Virus record (IMG/VR): IMGVR_UViG_3300034005_000004
Coordinates: 1-62,962 of that record
Reading direction: 5' to 3' (one strand)
DNA length: 62,962 nucleotides
Origin: a virus
The translations under genes and the position numbers were made by a program. Below are positions 17,112 to 27,400 of the stretch, in pieces. The first letter of the stretch is position 1; the number at the start of each line of letters is the position of its first letter. The notes beneath the pieces are model-generated. The model was not told the origin of the DNA, ran no database searches, and was given only the letters and a program-made list of their open reading frames with translations.

Positions 17112-17606
17112 ATGGCTGAAGTGAAGGTCATTATCAGCGGCTATAGAGCCGAGGGGCTTGCCGCTCGCCTCAACTCTGCTTTCGCAGAAGAGGGCAGGGC
17201 GTTCATGGCGACGGCGACCGAGAAGATTCTAGGGACCTGGCAGGCCAGCTCTCCTGTTGATATAGGAGCCTACAGAAACAGTCAGACCGCATCAGTAGAA
17301 GTAGGCGGCTCTCAGATAACCGGGGCTGTTGGTACGCCGATCAATTACGGCTCAGTGTTAGAGCAGGGCAGGCGCGCAGGAAGCAGACAGCCCCCGACGG
17401 CTGCGCTCGAAGGATGGGTCGCAAGGAAGCTAGGCATCGCAGACCCGAAGACAGTTCGCTCCGTCGCATTCTTAGTTGCGCGGCGCATAGGCGAGCGCGG
17501 GCTTCCTGCGAAGCGACCGCTCGCGAAAGCCCTTGAAGAAAATCAGGCGTTCATCAAGCAATTATTCGAAGTAGATTTTGCAGCCGCTATAGCGAAGAGG
17601 CTTTAA
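17112..17606 (+). CDS. HK97 gp10-like tail-completion / neck protein
   Basis: Size, position and 'GAYRNS...PINYGSVLEQG' resemble the HK97 gp10 family (from memory). Confidence 0.5.
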   Translation: MAEVKVIISGYRAEGLAARLNSAFAEEGRAFMATATEKILGTWQASSPVDIGAYRNSQTASVEVGGSQITGAVGTPINYGSVLEQGRRAGSRQPPTAALEGWVARKLGIADPKTVRSVAFLVARRIGERGLPAKRPLAKALEENQAFIKQLFEVDFAAAIAKRL

Positions 17607-17629
17607 TTTCTCACACGCGAGGTAATCCA

Positions 17630-17992
17630 ATGTCAGATACAAGCACGACCTCTGCGGCAGATGCCGCTCAAGAGACGGCAGGGCGCGAGCCGAACAGCCG
17701 CAAGGTGAAGCTCCGCCGCATCACGCACAAGGTTCCTAAGCTGGATGAAAACAAGCAGCCGGTCTTAGACGATAAGCAAGAGCCCGTGATGGTCGATGAG
17801 CCTGTCGTTATGCTGACGCAGGCGAGCGTACCGCGCCCCGACAAGCCTTACGAGCATATAGAGCTTGACCCTAATCAAAATGAATTCGAGTTCAGCGTAG
17901 ATGATGCCGCGTACCTGTTACGCGAGCATCCGAGCGCGCTCGGAACGGTCCCTGATGCACCCACGAAGCTGAAAAGAAACGCAAAGGAGTAA
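17630..17992 (+). CDS. Hypothetical protein
   Basis: 120-aa ORF between the neck and tube genes. Confidence 0.55.
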   Translation: MSDTSTTSAADAAQETAGREPNSRKVKLRRITHKVPKLDENKQPVLDDKQEPVMVDEPVVMLTQASVPRPDKPYEHIELDPNQNEFEFSVDDAAYLLREHPSALGTVPDAPTKLKRNAKE

Positions 17993-17995
17993 TCC

Positions 17996-19015
17996 ATGCA
18001 ACCTGACAGTCAAGTTATAGCCTTCGCGATAGGTAAGAAAGAAGCGAACTACGGCGTCTCTGAAGGCAGCGGCCTTTACCTCACCTGGATTCCGGCGAAT
18101 CAGGTCGATTTCCCTGAGCTTGAATTGAAGTATAGGGACGACTCTTCGGATATAAACGGGATGCACGGGGCGACCGAGCGCGAGATAGAGTCTGCAATGG
18201 GGAAGAAGGCGTGGGTCTTTCAAGCAAGCATCGAAATGCTTGCCTTCGCCGCCGCCATGCAGCTCGGTCGCACGTCCGTGAGCGGGTCCGCCGATCCCTG
18301 GTCGCTGCTCGTCAAATGGCCCGACCTCTGCACGATCAATCCGCCTTCGTTCGGCTACTTTCACGGCGCGAACTGCGCGGGGCAGACAGGGACATTCAAA
18401 GACCGCAAGGGCGTCGTGATCGCTCAGCAGACTATCGAGATACCGGGGCGCGGCCCCATCAAGCATTCGCTTGCGCTCGTAGACGACGGCTCGATCACGC
18501 CTGACACATCGTTCTCCGTTCCCTCTTCTCCGACCTCGGTACAGAAGGTGCTCGGCTCGCATGCCGTGATACAGCTAGGCCCGCCAAGCTCTCTCGTCAA
18601 CCTCTCTGCGGCGAAGACGATCCGCGACTGCAAGATCACGATTAACTCAAACCCGAAACAGATATATGCGCCCGGCTCGAACGTCACGACGGTAGACGAG
18701 ATGCAATTCGGCGACGTGACCGACGAGGTAGACCTCACCGTGAAGGGCGACGAGTCCTCGGCCATCTTCGGATACTACACGAGCAAGACGCTTGTGCAGT
18801 TCACCTGCCTGATTGACCCGGGCGTTTCGCCGCTTCGAACATGGCTATACACGAAGACGAACTGCCACGTCGTATCGTGCAAGATGAAGCCCTCGGGGAA
18901 AGAGAGCCAGCTTGAAGTGAAGCTCGGCTCTCTTTCAACCTCTACCGACTTCAACGGCCCGGCGCAGATACTTGCGAAGACGGGCCTGGCTACGTGGCTT
19001 GTCTCAGCGCCGTAA
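17996..19015 (+). CDS. Putative major tail (tube) protein
   Basis: 339 aa, directly upstream of the chaperone pair, followed by a terminator as for other abundant structural genes. Confidence 0.55.
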   Translation: MQPDSQVIAFAIGKKEANYGVSEGSGLYLTWIPANQVDFPELELKYRDDSSDINGMHGATEREIESAMGKKAWVFQASIEMLAFAAAMQLGRTSVSGSADPWSLLVKWPDLCTINPPSFGYFHGANCAGQTGTFKDRKGVVIAQQTIEIPGRGPIKHSLALVDDGSITPDTSFSVPSSPTSVQKVLGSHAVIQLGPPSSLVNLSAAKTIRDCKITINSNPKQIYAPGSNVTTVDEMQFGDVTDEVDLTVKGDESSAIFGYYTSKTLVQFTCLIDPGVSPLRTWLYTKTNCHVVSCKMKPSGKESQLEVKLGSLSTSTDFNGPAQILAKTGLATWLVSAP

Positions 19016-19032
19016 TTAACGCTCACGCACGG

Positions 19033-19058
19033 GGCCGGGCTCTGCCCGGCCTCTTTCT
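19033..19058 (+). terminator. Intrinsic terminator or attenuator
   Basis: ggccgggc / gcccggcc stem followed by TCTTTCTATT. Confidence 0.6.
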
Positions 19059-19082
19059 ATTCACCCTAACAAAAAACGAGGA

Positions 19083-19490
19083 ATGACCATGTCACAAGAC
19101 GCCCCGATCAATGACCAGACGAACAGAGTCAACCCGCTCGACGAGCTTTTCGGCTCAGGCGATATACGAGTAAGCCTGCTCAAGCCCAACGGTGAAGAGT
19201 CAGGCGTCGTCGGCGTCTTCAAGCCGATAGAGCCGCAGCACAAGATTCGTTACGATCAGATCGTGCAGAAGGGCTTCGGCGGAAGAAAACCCAAATACGA
19301 CGACGGCGACAGGTACGCATTCCCGAAGGTGATAAAAGAGATCGAAGGCTTGACGCCGGAAGACTGCGGCGGCGTTGAGCCTGTTAAGTGGTGTCAGACG
19401 ACACCGAAAGGCTTCCTCTTGCTCAAAGCGTTGATGAATGGGTACTGGAATCAGACCGTCATTACCAGCGACGACGACGCAAAAAAGTAG
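19083..19490 (+). CDS. Tail assembly chaperone (gpG-like)
   Basis: 135 aa immediately upstream of the tape measure; ends ...GCA AAA AAG TAG. Confidence 0.75.
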   Translation: MTMSQDAPINDQTNRVNPLDELFGSGDIRVSLLKPNGEESGVVGVFKPIEPQHKIRYDQIVQKGFGGRKPKYDDGDRYAFPKVIKEIEGLTPEDCGGVEPVKWCQTTPKGFLLLKALMNGYWNQTVITSDDDAKK

Positions 19491-19927
19491 AAGCGGCGGC
19501 TTACATCATCCTCACGGCGCGCGATGGCAAAGACCCCTACATCATCGACAATCATCTCTCTATCAAGCGCGGCAATTTCTACGACTGCCCGGAAGAATCA
19601 ATTTGGGATGATGACGCGGACGGCTTGCGGCTCTTGCCCGAAGAGGCGCTCAGGGCTATAGAGGTTGCGCCCGGCTGTGACGCGCTTGAATGCCCCGCCT
19701 GCTGGCATCAATACGAGATGTGGTCGGACGTAATCGAAGCGACGGGCGCGGCTGAGTATGGCGATAGAGTATTCTACGCCCTCAACCTGATCGCTTATAT
19801 CGAGGAATGGGGCGATAGGTCGGGAATCACCCTCGAAGACTGGAACGATCTTGAAATCGTAAAGCGTAAGATTCGACAGATCGAGGAGCATGCCCGGTAT
19901 GAGGCGAGCAAGCCGAAGAGTTCTTAA
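19083..19927 (+). CDS. Tail assembly chaperone, -1 frameshift product (gpGT-like)
   Basis: Slippery heptamer A_AAA_AAG at 19481-19487; the -1 frame continues open (VEAAAYIILTARDG...) to 19927, abutting the tape measure start. Confidence 0.7.
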
Positions 19928-22848
19928 TGTCAGCTAACCCTAATCAAACCAGGATAGAGGTCGTGATCGACGCCGCTCGCGCGAACGTCGAGGCAAGCAA
20001 GCTTGAGCAGAGCATGAAAGGCTACGAGAAGGCCGCTCAGTCTGCGGGTGCAGGTGTGCAGGGTGGATTGAACAGAGCAGAGCAGGCCGTTCAAAGCAAC
20101 GCGCAGCGCCTCGGCCAGCTAAAGGGTCAAATCGATCAGGTCAACGCTGCGCTAAGAGAAGAGACCTTAATCCTGCAAGGTCAACGTCAGTATCAAGAGC
20201 AGGCATTCGGCGCGGGTAGGGTCAAAGAAGCGGAACTGTACGCGAACAAGATCAAAGAGACTGAGGGGAAGCTAGGGGAGTTGCTCGTTCAAAAGGCGCA
20301 GCTCGGCGAACAGTCGAAAAAGTTGTCTGATTCGCTCACGAGCACGACGGGCGCGTTCGATAGGTTGACGACTCGCGTCGCGGTCGGGCGTAACCTGTTT
20401 GCTGGCGCAGATGCGGCCATAGAAGGCTTAGTACGGGCGAGCGGCGGAATCGCTTTGCAGTGGAGTCTCTTGATAACCTTAGCTGCCGCGCTGTTGCCTC
20501 TCTTGAGCAGTCTCTTTAAGGCAAAGAAAAACATTGTCGAGATAGATCAAGAGTCCGCAACCGTGAACGCCTTGCTTGCCAGGTCAACAGGCGACGCGAC
20601 CCGCGTGAATGCGGACTTACTTACCAGCTTCAGCAATCTTGCATCTCAGCAGAAGTCCTACACAAAAGACACAACCGAACTCGCCACGAAGATGCAGGCG
20701 CTTGAGTCTGAGGGGCGCATCGTCGGCCAGGTCATAGATGCGGATGGCAAAATCTTTCGCGTTGGCGCGCAATCAACAGGCGAGCTGCAAGACAGGATAG
20801 TCGAACTTAATAAGTCGCTTGCTGACCAGGAGAAGTCTTTACAGCCCGCGCTCGAATCGCTCAAGTCTCTGCGCACGCTTTACGGCTTGAATACAGATCA
20901 ACTGCTCGCGATAGCAGAACGCCTCCGCATCTTCAATGCTGAGACGGAAGATGGCGCGCGCATTCGCGAGTTTTTCAGAGAGCAGCTAGAGAAAGAGCCT
21001 GAAGCGCTGAGAGAGGTTGCGAAAGAGGTAGATAAGGTAACGAAGAGCACTTTTGATCTTACAAACGCCGCCCGCCTCGCTTCTCTCGCGATCAAAGAGA
21101 TCAAGCCGCCGCAAATCGACTTCGGCGCTGTGCAGGGGGTCTCAGGCGCAGAGTCCCGGTTGAATCAAGGCTTGCGCACGCTTGAGGCTGCCGGGGTTGA
21201 AGATAGAGCGACGCAGGCCCGCGCGCTCGCTTCCGAGATAAAAAGTCTGCGTGAAGAGATGATGCGCGAAGTTGCAGCGGGCGCGAGCATGGCCGAGATT
21301 ACGATGCGCCTGTTGATCCCCACGAAGGAGCTGCTCGCGGAGAACGAGAAACAGGAGAGAGCATATAAGAAAATTCATGACGCTTACACTAAAGCAGATC
21401 AACTGGCGAAGGCTTTAGCTGGCACGACGAGCAATCTCAGAAAGGAATTGGAGCAGGCCAATGCGGCGACCGATGCGGTAGAAGGAGGAAGCTTTGAGGC
21501 ACGTCAGCGCAAGGCGCAGGCCGCATATCAGGATCGCGTCAGAGACTTGCAGCGCAACAATCAGGCGACAGCAGAGAACCTCGCGCTCGCCGAAGCGATC
21601 TACAAAGCTCATTACGAGAAGATCAAACAGGACTCAACGCGCGCATATTTAGACATCCAGGAAAGGCTTGCCGCAATTCAGGGCGATAGCCTTCAAGATG
21701 AATTCGCCAGGCACAGGGCGAATATTCAAAAGATGCTGGACGAAGACATCAAATTCATGCGCGAGAAGGGGCAGAGCGAGAGTCAGATTCATGCCTATAC
21801 CATTTTATTCAAACAGGCCCGCGAGGATGAATACAATAGGTGGCGAAAGAATGAATACGACAAGACTTTGAAGCAGTTCGTCGCGGCAGAACAGAAGGTC
21901 GCGGGCGAAATCTATCACATTCGAAAGAAGCTCCTCGACGACACGAAGGAAAGCACGCTCTTGTGGTTTAAGCAGCGGCATGATCTTGAGCTTAATTCGA
22001 TGAAAGAGGCCATGCGGCTCCGCGAGCAGCTAGAGCGGCGAACGCTCTCAGGCGGCGCAAGCGACAATCAGAATTTCGAGAACAATCTGCATCTTGAGAG
22101 AAGCATAGAACAGCTCCGCAAGCTCGGACTTGAAGCGCGCGATGTGGATGAAATCTTCGGCTCTGCTTCCCTGTCTGTTGACCAGTTCGTAAGGCGCGTG
22201 AACATCCTACAGCAGTATGCAAACGGCGACGTTTTAGGCGGGCTGAAGTCTTCATTCTTAGATTTGATAAGCATTCAGAACGTCGCCATGACGACGGCGG
22301 GCGCATTCCCTAACGCGATGCAGGAAGCCTTCACCCAGGCAATCGTCTACGGCAAGAATTTTATAGAGGTATTCGGTAAGACCCTGCTTGCCGGCATCCT
22401 TAGCGCGATAGGGCAGAAGGCTATAGCAGAAGGCACGTATCATATTTTGGCCGGGACCGCGAAGCTGTTCAACCCGTTTACTGCGGCAGACGGCGCGCGC
22501 GAAATAGCGGCGGGCGTGGCTCTCGTCGCGTTCGGTTCTGCTCTGGTTGCGAGCGCGTCTGCGATTACGAGCACCCTGAACAAAAAGCAGGCGTCAGGCG
22601 GCGCGGGCGCTTCGAGCGGGCAAGGCTCCGGCGGGTCTGCGACCGATAGCGGAAGGCCAGAGCCTCGCAACGTGCCGATAGCATTTCCGACTACGGGCAG
22701 CAACGGGGGGCAGACTGTCATCAAGCTTGACCGGGCTGGCACGCGCGATTTTCTCGAAGGGCAGGGCGTCTTGACGGCGAAATCAATCGGCTCGCGAGAC
22801 TTCCCTATACTTGAGAAGGCAGTTAAGAGGATGAAGAAGGCGAGCTAA
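19927..22848 (+). CDS. Tape measure protein
   Basis: 973 aa, long coiled-coil regions plus hydrophobic Ala/Gly segments; follows the frameshifted chaperones. Confidence 0.85.
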   Translation: MSANPNQTRIEVVIDAARANVEASKLEQSMKGYEKAAQSAGAGVQGGLNRAEQAVQSNAQRLGQLKGQIDQVNAALREETLILQGQRQYQEQAFGAGRVKEAELYANKIKETEGKLGELLVQKAQLGEQSKKLSDSLTSTTGAFDRLTTRVAVGRNLFAGADAAIEGLVRASGGIALQWSLLITLAAALLPLLSSLFKAKKNIVEIDQESATVNALLARSTGDATRVNADLLTSFSNLASQQKSYTKDTTELATKMQALESEGRIVGQVIDADGKIFRVGAQSTGELQDRIVELNKSLADQEKSLQPALESLKSLRTLYGLNTDQLLAIAERLRIFNAETEDGARIREFFREQLEKEPEALREVAKEVDKVTKSTFDLTNAARLASLAIKEIKPPQIDFGAVQGVSGAESRLNQGLRTLEAAGVEDRATQARALASEIKSLREEMMREVAAGASMAEITMRLLIPTKELLAENEKQERAYKKIHDAYTKADQLAKALAGTTSNLRKELEQANAATDAVEGGSFEARQRKAQAAYQDRVRDLQRNNQATAENLALAEAIYKAHYEKIKQDSTRAYLDIQERLAAIQGDSLQDEFARHRANIQKMLDEDIKFMREKGQSESQIHAYTILFKQAREDEYNRWRKNEYDKTLKQFVAAEQKVAGEIYHIRKKLLDDTKESTLLWFKQRHDLELNSMKEAMRLREQLERRTLSGGASDNQNFENNLHLERSIEQLRKLGLEARDVDEIFGSASLSVDQFVRRVNILQQYANGDVLGGLKSSFLDLISIQNVAMTTAGAFPNAMQEAFTQAIVYGKNFIEVFGKTLLAGILSAIGQKAIAEGTYHILAGTAKLFNPFTAADGAREIAAGVALVAFGSALVASASAITSTLNKKQASGGAGASSGQGSGGSATDSGRPEPRNVPIAFPTTGSNGGQTVIKLDRAGTRDFLEGQGVLTAKSIGSRDFPILEKAVKRMKKAS

Positions 22849-22889
22849 CGCTTGCGCTCAAGATTTCGCATCAAGTAGACTGCGCGCAA

Positions 22890-23279
22890 ATGAGGCGTGC
22901 CGTGTTGATCTTTTGCGCGCTGTGCGTTACCGCCTGCTCGGGCCGCGCGTCTCTGACGCCTGAACAGGCGATCATCGGCCATTGGATGAATGAAAGGGGA
23001 GACGTACATTACTTTTTCACGAAAGATGCTTTTACTATAGTCGAAGCAGGTAAAGCGCCGCCGCCTGTTCAATATCGGGTCACGGAGATAAGAGACAAAA
23101 GCAATCAGCTAATGATCGACGTAGGCCCGCCGGGGCAGCCCGCCAGGCGGTTGACCCTGACGTTCTCAGATGACAGGAGGAGCCTTGTCACGACAGACGA
23201 GCTTCAAGGCATTCGCTTACCGCCCGCAAGATGGAGCTACGTTGACGCCGAACAGGCTCCGCAGTACATAGAGGACTAA
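22890..23279 (+). CDS. Lipoprotein (moron-like)
   Basis: 'MRRAVLIFCALCVTAC|SG' lipobox-like signal; inserted between the tape measure and distal tail genes. Confidence 0.6.
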   Translation: MRRAVLIFCALCVTACSGRASLTPEQAIIGHWMNERGDVHYFFTKDAFTIVEAGKAPPPVQYRVTEIRDKSNQLMIDVGPPGQPARRLTLTFSDDRRSLVTTDELQGIRLPPARWSYVDAEQAPQYIED

Positions 23280-23812
23280 TAATAGAAATTCACCATCACG
23301 TCAGCAGGCATCCCGAACGTGACCCCTGCGCCTTGCCCGGTTACGAGCGTTAGTTGATGAGTCGCGAAGCTTAGCCTTAGAGACGCGCTCGCCGTGAACG
23401 TCGGGCCGTCCGGTCTTACCTCTGCGGCGGCACTGCCGCAGTCGAGGAACTCAAATGCTCCAGGCGAATGGCAAAAGGCGGTCTCGCTCGAATCCCTGAA
23501 TTGATACACGCGCGTCTCCTGGGTGAATGAGTCTTGCGTGAACAAACCCCTCAACAGTATCGGCGGCACAGGCACGAGCCCGTCAGGCGAATTATCGCCG
23601 ACCAGATGCGTGATGCTTACTTCGACTCTTACGGGAACGTCCTGGCGCGGTATGGGCAGGGGCAGTGTATCGCCTAAAGCCATCGTCTTCTTGATCTGAA
23701 AGAAATGAGAGTTCGGGTCTTTGATCGCTTTTTGAGCGAGCGCGTCATGTTGAAGCGTCGCCCCTGCGATAAAGCAGAGCGCGCAGAGCGCCGCCGTCAG
23801 TGATTTTTTCAT
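23276..23812 (-). CDS. Secreted protein (moron-like, opposite strand)
   Basis: 'MKKSLTAALCALCFIAGATLQHDALA|Q' signal peptide; the only minus-strand gene within the structural arm. Confidence 0.6.
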   Translation of the reverse strand: MKKSLTAALCALCFIAGATLQHDALAQKAIKDPNSHFFQIKKTMALGDTLPLPIPRQDVPVRVEVSITHLVGDNSPDGLVPVPPILLRGLFTQDSFTQETRVYQFRDSSETAFCHSPGAFEFLDCGSAAAEVRPDGPTFTASASLRLSFATHQLTLVTGQGAGVTFGMPADVMVNFYY

Positions 23813-23880
23813 AGATGGTCGCCTTTCTTTCTTGAGATAGGCCCGCATGAAACCTTAATTACAGGAACTAAGTCAAGCGC

Positions 23881-24252
23881 ATGCCGAACGTCTTTCCATA
23901 CTTGGGCAGCTATGGAAGCAGGCAGAAGACTTCCTATCGCAGCCTTGTTCGTGAGTACGACGACAACACGTATCGCCGGTACTCTAAAAGCACTGCGAAG
24001 CATGGCGAGCTAAGCATCCCCTTTGATAGCTACTCCTTGACGAAGAGAAATGCGGTCCAGGCTTTCTTCGAGGCGAATTGGAACCTTGAGTTTTACATAT
24101 ACGTCTGGCCCGAAGCCTCTGCGGTAGATTCAGGCGGCTCTTCCACGACGGGCCGCCATCTCGCGCGCTTCGACGCTGACCCTGAACTTGAATGGGAAAA
24201 TAGATCAAGCTGCGCATACGGCGGCGCGCTCAAGATTATACTGCTCAGTTAA
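23881..24252 (+). CDS. Small tail protein (distal-tail-like position)
   Basis: 123-aa ORF preceding the giant tail protein. Confidence 0.5.
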   Translation: MPNVFPYLGSYGSRQKTSYRSLVREYDDNTYRRYSKSTAKHGELSIPFDSYSLTKRNAVQAFFEANWNLEFYIYVWPEASAVDSGGSSTTGRHLARFDADPELEWENRSSCAYGGALKIILLS

Positions 24253-24257
24253 ACGCC

Positions 24258-24455
24258 ATGATCAAGATAACGGACATCGCGCCCGTACAGATAATGCAGA
24301 CGGACGGCTCTATCGCGGCTGAAGAGTTCGCGACGATAGCCTTCTATCACGACGGCCAGCAAGAGGCGCAGATAAAGATGCGCTTGTCTGACCTGCCCGA
24401 AGGCGTCAGCGCGGAAGACGGGCAGAATGAGCTTGAGCTTGTAAGGAAATCGTAA
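24258..24455 (+). CDS. Small hypothetical tail-module protein
   Basis: 65-aa ORF, co-oriented. Confidence 0.5.
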   Translation: MIKITDIAPVQIMQTDGSIAAEEFATIAFYHDGQQEAQIKMRLSDLPEGVSAEDGQNELELVRKS

Positions 24456-24473
24456 CCCCTCCTCAGTTGCCCC

Positions 24474-27400
24474 ATGCCGAGAACGGTACCAAGCGGAATA
24501 ACAGCGCTTCGCGGTGTGTCTGCTACCCGTGCGCCTCTGTGGCTTATGAAGTGGGAGCTGAGCAGCGGCACGCGGTACTATTCGAGCGGGCAGCAGGTGA
24601 GCTACGGCGGAAACACCTACCTGAAGAACCGCGTCAAATCAATACCTTCATTCCAGGCAGGCTACATAGACCGCAAAGATCGCGACTTCTCGCGGCTTGA
24701 GATAGAGCTTGATAACCTTGCCGACGACGGAAGCTCAAGCTTTCCGTTCACCGTGCTTGACGCCTCGGTCAACTTCGAAGACTCTAAAATCACTATCTAC
24801 GCATACTCGCCCGACGCCTCGGATGCCGCGCTCATGTGGTGGGGCTTCGCGGGCCGCCCACGCTTCAACGGGAAGGATAAGACGGTGACGGTCGGCGCGA
24901 GCTTCTTCTGGGACTCCCTCGACCTTCAGATACCCGCCAAATTGCTGCAACAGGCAGGATTCAACCCGCTGGAAACCTCCTCACAAAATTCGGAAGAGAA
25001 TCAAGACGAATTTTCCATCCCTATCATCTTCGGAGCGGGCGATCTGAAGGTCCGCCCGCTCATCTATCGCAAGCTCACAAACGGCTCCACGCTCGGCGTC
25101 AATTTCATACTATCAGGCACGCAATCGGGCGCGGCCTTCTCCTCTTCTGATCTGACCGCTCAGGCGATGAAGCTCTTCGGCAACACGCCTGCCTCGCGCA
25201 TAATCTTCTTTACGGGCGGCGCAGACAGCGCGATAGCTCCCACGAACCTGACCGCCTTCCCCGACGGCGCAGCTCACCCGCTTGTGGCCTACGGCTACGC
25301 CGAATTCCCCATCACGAATGAGATCAAAGACCGGATCGAGGATCTGAGGCCGCGCGACATCAAATGCCGCATCGCGAATGGCCGCCCGCTCGTAGACACC
25401 GGCCTGCCTTCCGAGAATATCCCCCTCATCGTCAAAGACATACTGCGCGACCCGATTTATGGCTGCGGGCTTCCGAACTCGCTCTTCGATGCGACCGTCC
25501 TCACGTCAACGGCGAATTACACCGGGACTCGCTACCAGGCGCGGTACGAGCTGCACGAGCAGGTCACGATAACGTCGCTCATCCAGCAGATGTTAGGCGA
25601 CGCGCACTGCTACATCACCTTCGACAACGGCCTGATACAGATACGGGCGAAGAGAAACAATGAATCATCCGTCGCCACGTTTGCGACGTGCGACTCCGGT
25701 TTCTCTGGCAGGAAGATTGACGGCGACTCGGTTGAAGCCTGGGAGAAAGATTTCTCCGAGCTTGTCAACCAGGCGACGCTCAAGTTCAGAAAGAAGCGCG
25801 AGGCGCGCGACATCGCGACCCTCTACGACCCGAACGCGCAGGCCCGCGCGGGCGGCACGGCTAAGAAGGTCGTCGGCATAGAGATAGACGAATGGGACAA
25901 CGGCGGGCTCTACGATTATCCTCAGGTACAGATCAACCTTGCAATCCTGATCCGCGAGGAGCAGAACGGGAACCTGTTCATCTCTTTTGATTCGCCTTTG
26001 TGGGACTGCCTCGACGTATCGCCCGGCGACATCATCACGGTGCGCTCGCCCGACATACCGAACAACGGCAGCAACTTTTTATTCCGCGTCAAGAAGCAGA
26101 CCTTTGACACGGAAAATTTCACAGTCGGCTTGACATGCCAGGTCTACAAGACGGCAATCTATAATGACGACGCCGTCGCTTTAGGCGTTGACCTGCTTCG
26201 CGGCGCAGATGACACGTCCGCGATGGGCCGCCCGCCTGATGTCGTTCCGGTGAGCCTCGCGGTTCAGGACGTAGGAACGAACGACGGAGAAGGCAAACAG
26301 GCTACGCTGCGCGCGACGTTCACTGTCCCTGCATTCGACCCTACGGCGGAGCAGGCGGAAGGCACATTCAGAGAGCCGCCCATCGCAGAGGTCGAGATCT
26401 GGTGGCACTTCACGGATGAGAGCATCAACCTGTGCAGGCGCGGCGGCAGCCTCAAGGTGACGCAGACGAACGCCGCCCAGCAGCTCTTCATAGATTTTCA
26501 TACTGACTACAGGAAGACGAAGACGGTCGAGGCTTTCTTCGTCTCTATAGGGGCAAACCGCGCCCGCGCGCCGCTCGGCTACATCCCCGACCCGAGCCGC
26601 GTTACGGTGTTGAACACGAACCTGAGCGCGACCGCGCCAGATGCGCTCGTGAACAATAACTCTATATTCAACGCGAATGATTACGTCATTATAGAGCGCG
26701 AGATCGCGCGGCTCGTCTCTCAAACCTCGGGCGCTCTGCACTTCGTAAACACGGGCGGCAATCGCCAGGCATTCTTCGATACGATCTCTATAGGGCATCC
26801 GGCAGGGACCGAGGTCTCGGTCGCGAAGCTGAGCTATCCTTCACTCACCCGGAGCCTGGACACGCCACGATTCACGTATCCTGTAGTCGTCGCGCGCGAC
26901 ATCCTCCAGCGGGGCGGCGATGGCGTCCGCGTTCGCTGGCTTGATATTAGCGCGGATAACGAAGAGGCATACCTCATCTACTGGTCTACCGCCGCAGACG
27001 CAAGCACGAACGCGAACAAGCTCGGCTCTACAACTCCGGCATGGTATCTGTCCGATCCGCTTGCGCCGCCCGCAGGCGTGAACCTGCTTTCTACGACAAG
27101 GCAGCGCCATCACTGGATACCGGAAGAGGACATCGGCACGGTAGGCACGGCGGTCTATGTGCGGGTAGCTGCGCGCAACAATAAGCGAAACTTCTCTTCC
27201 GCGCTCTCTGCGTTGCTCAATTCGAGCGTGGCAGCGCCCGGAAGCAACGCGCCGCCCTCGACTGCGCCGACAGTGCCATCGCTCACCGCGATTATTCAAA
27301 ACATCCCGAAGGCGGGCTCGACGGGCGAAGCATCTGTCACGCTTCGCATATTCGCGAGCGAGTCGGATCATAGCGTTACCTTTATTCAGGCCAGCGCTCA

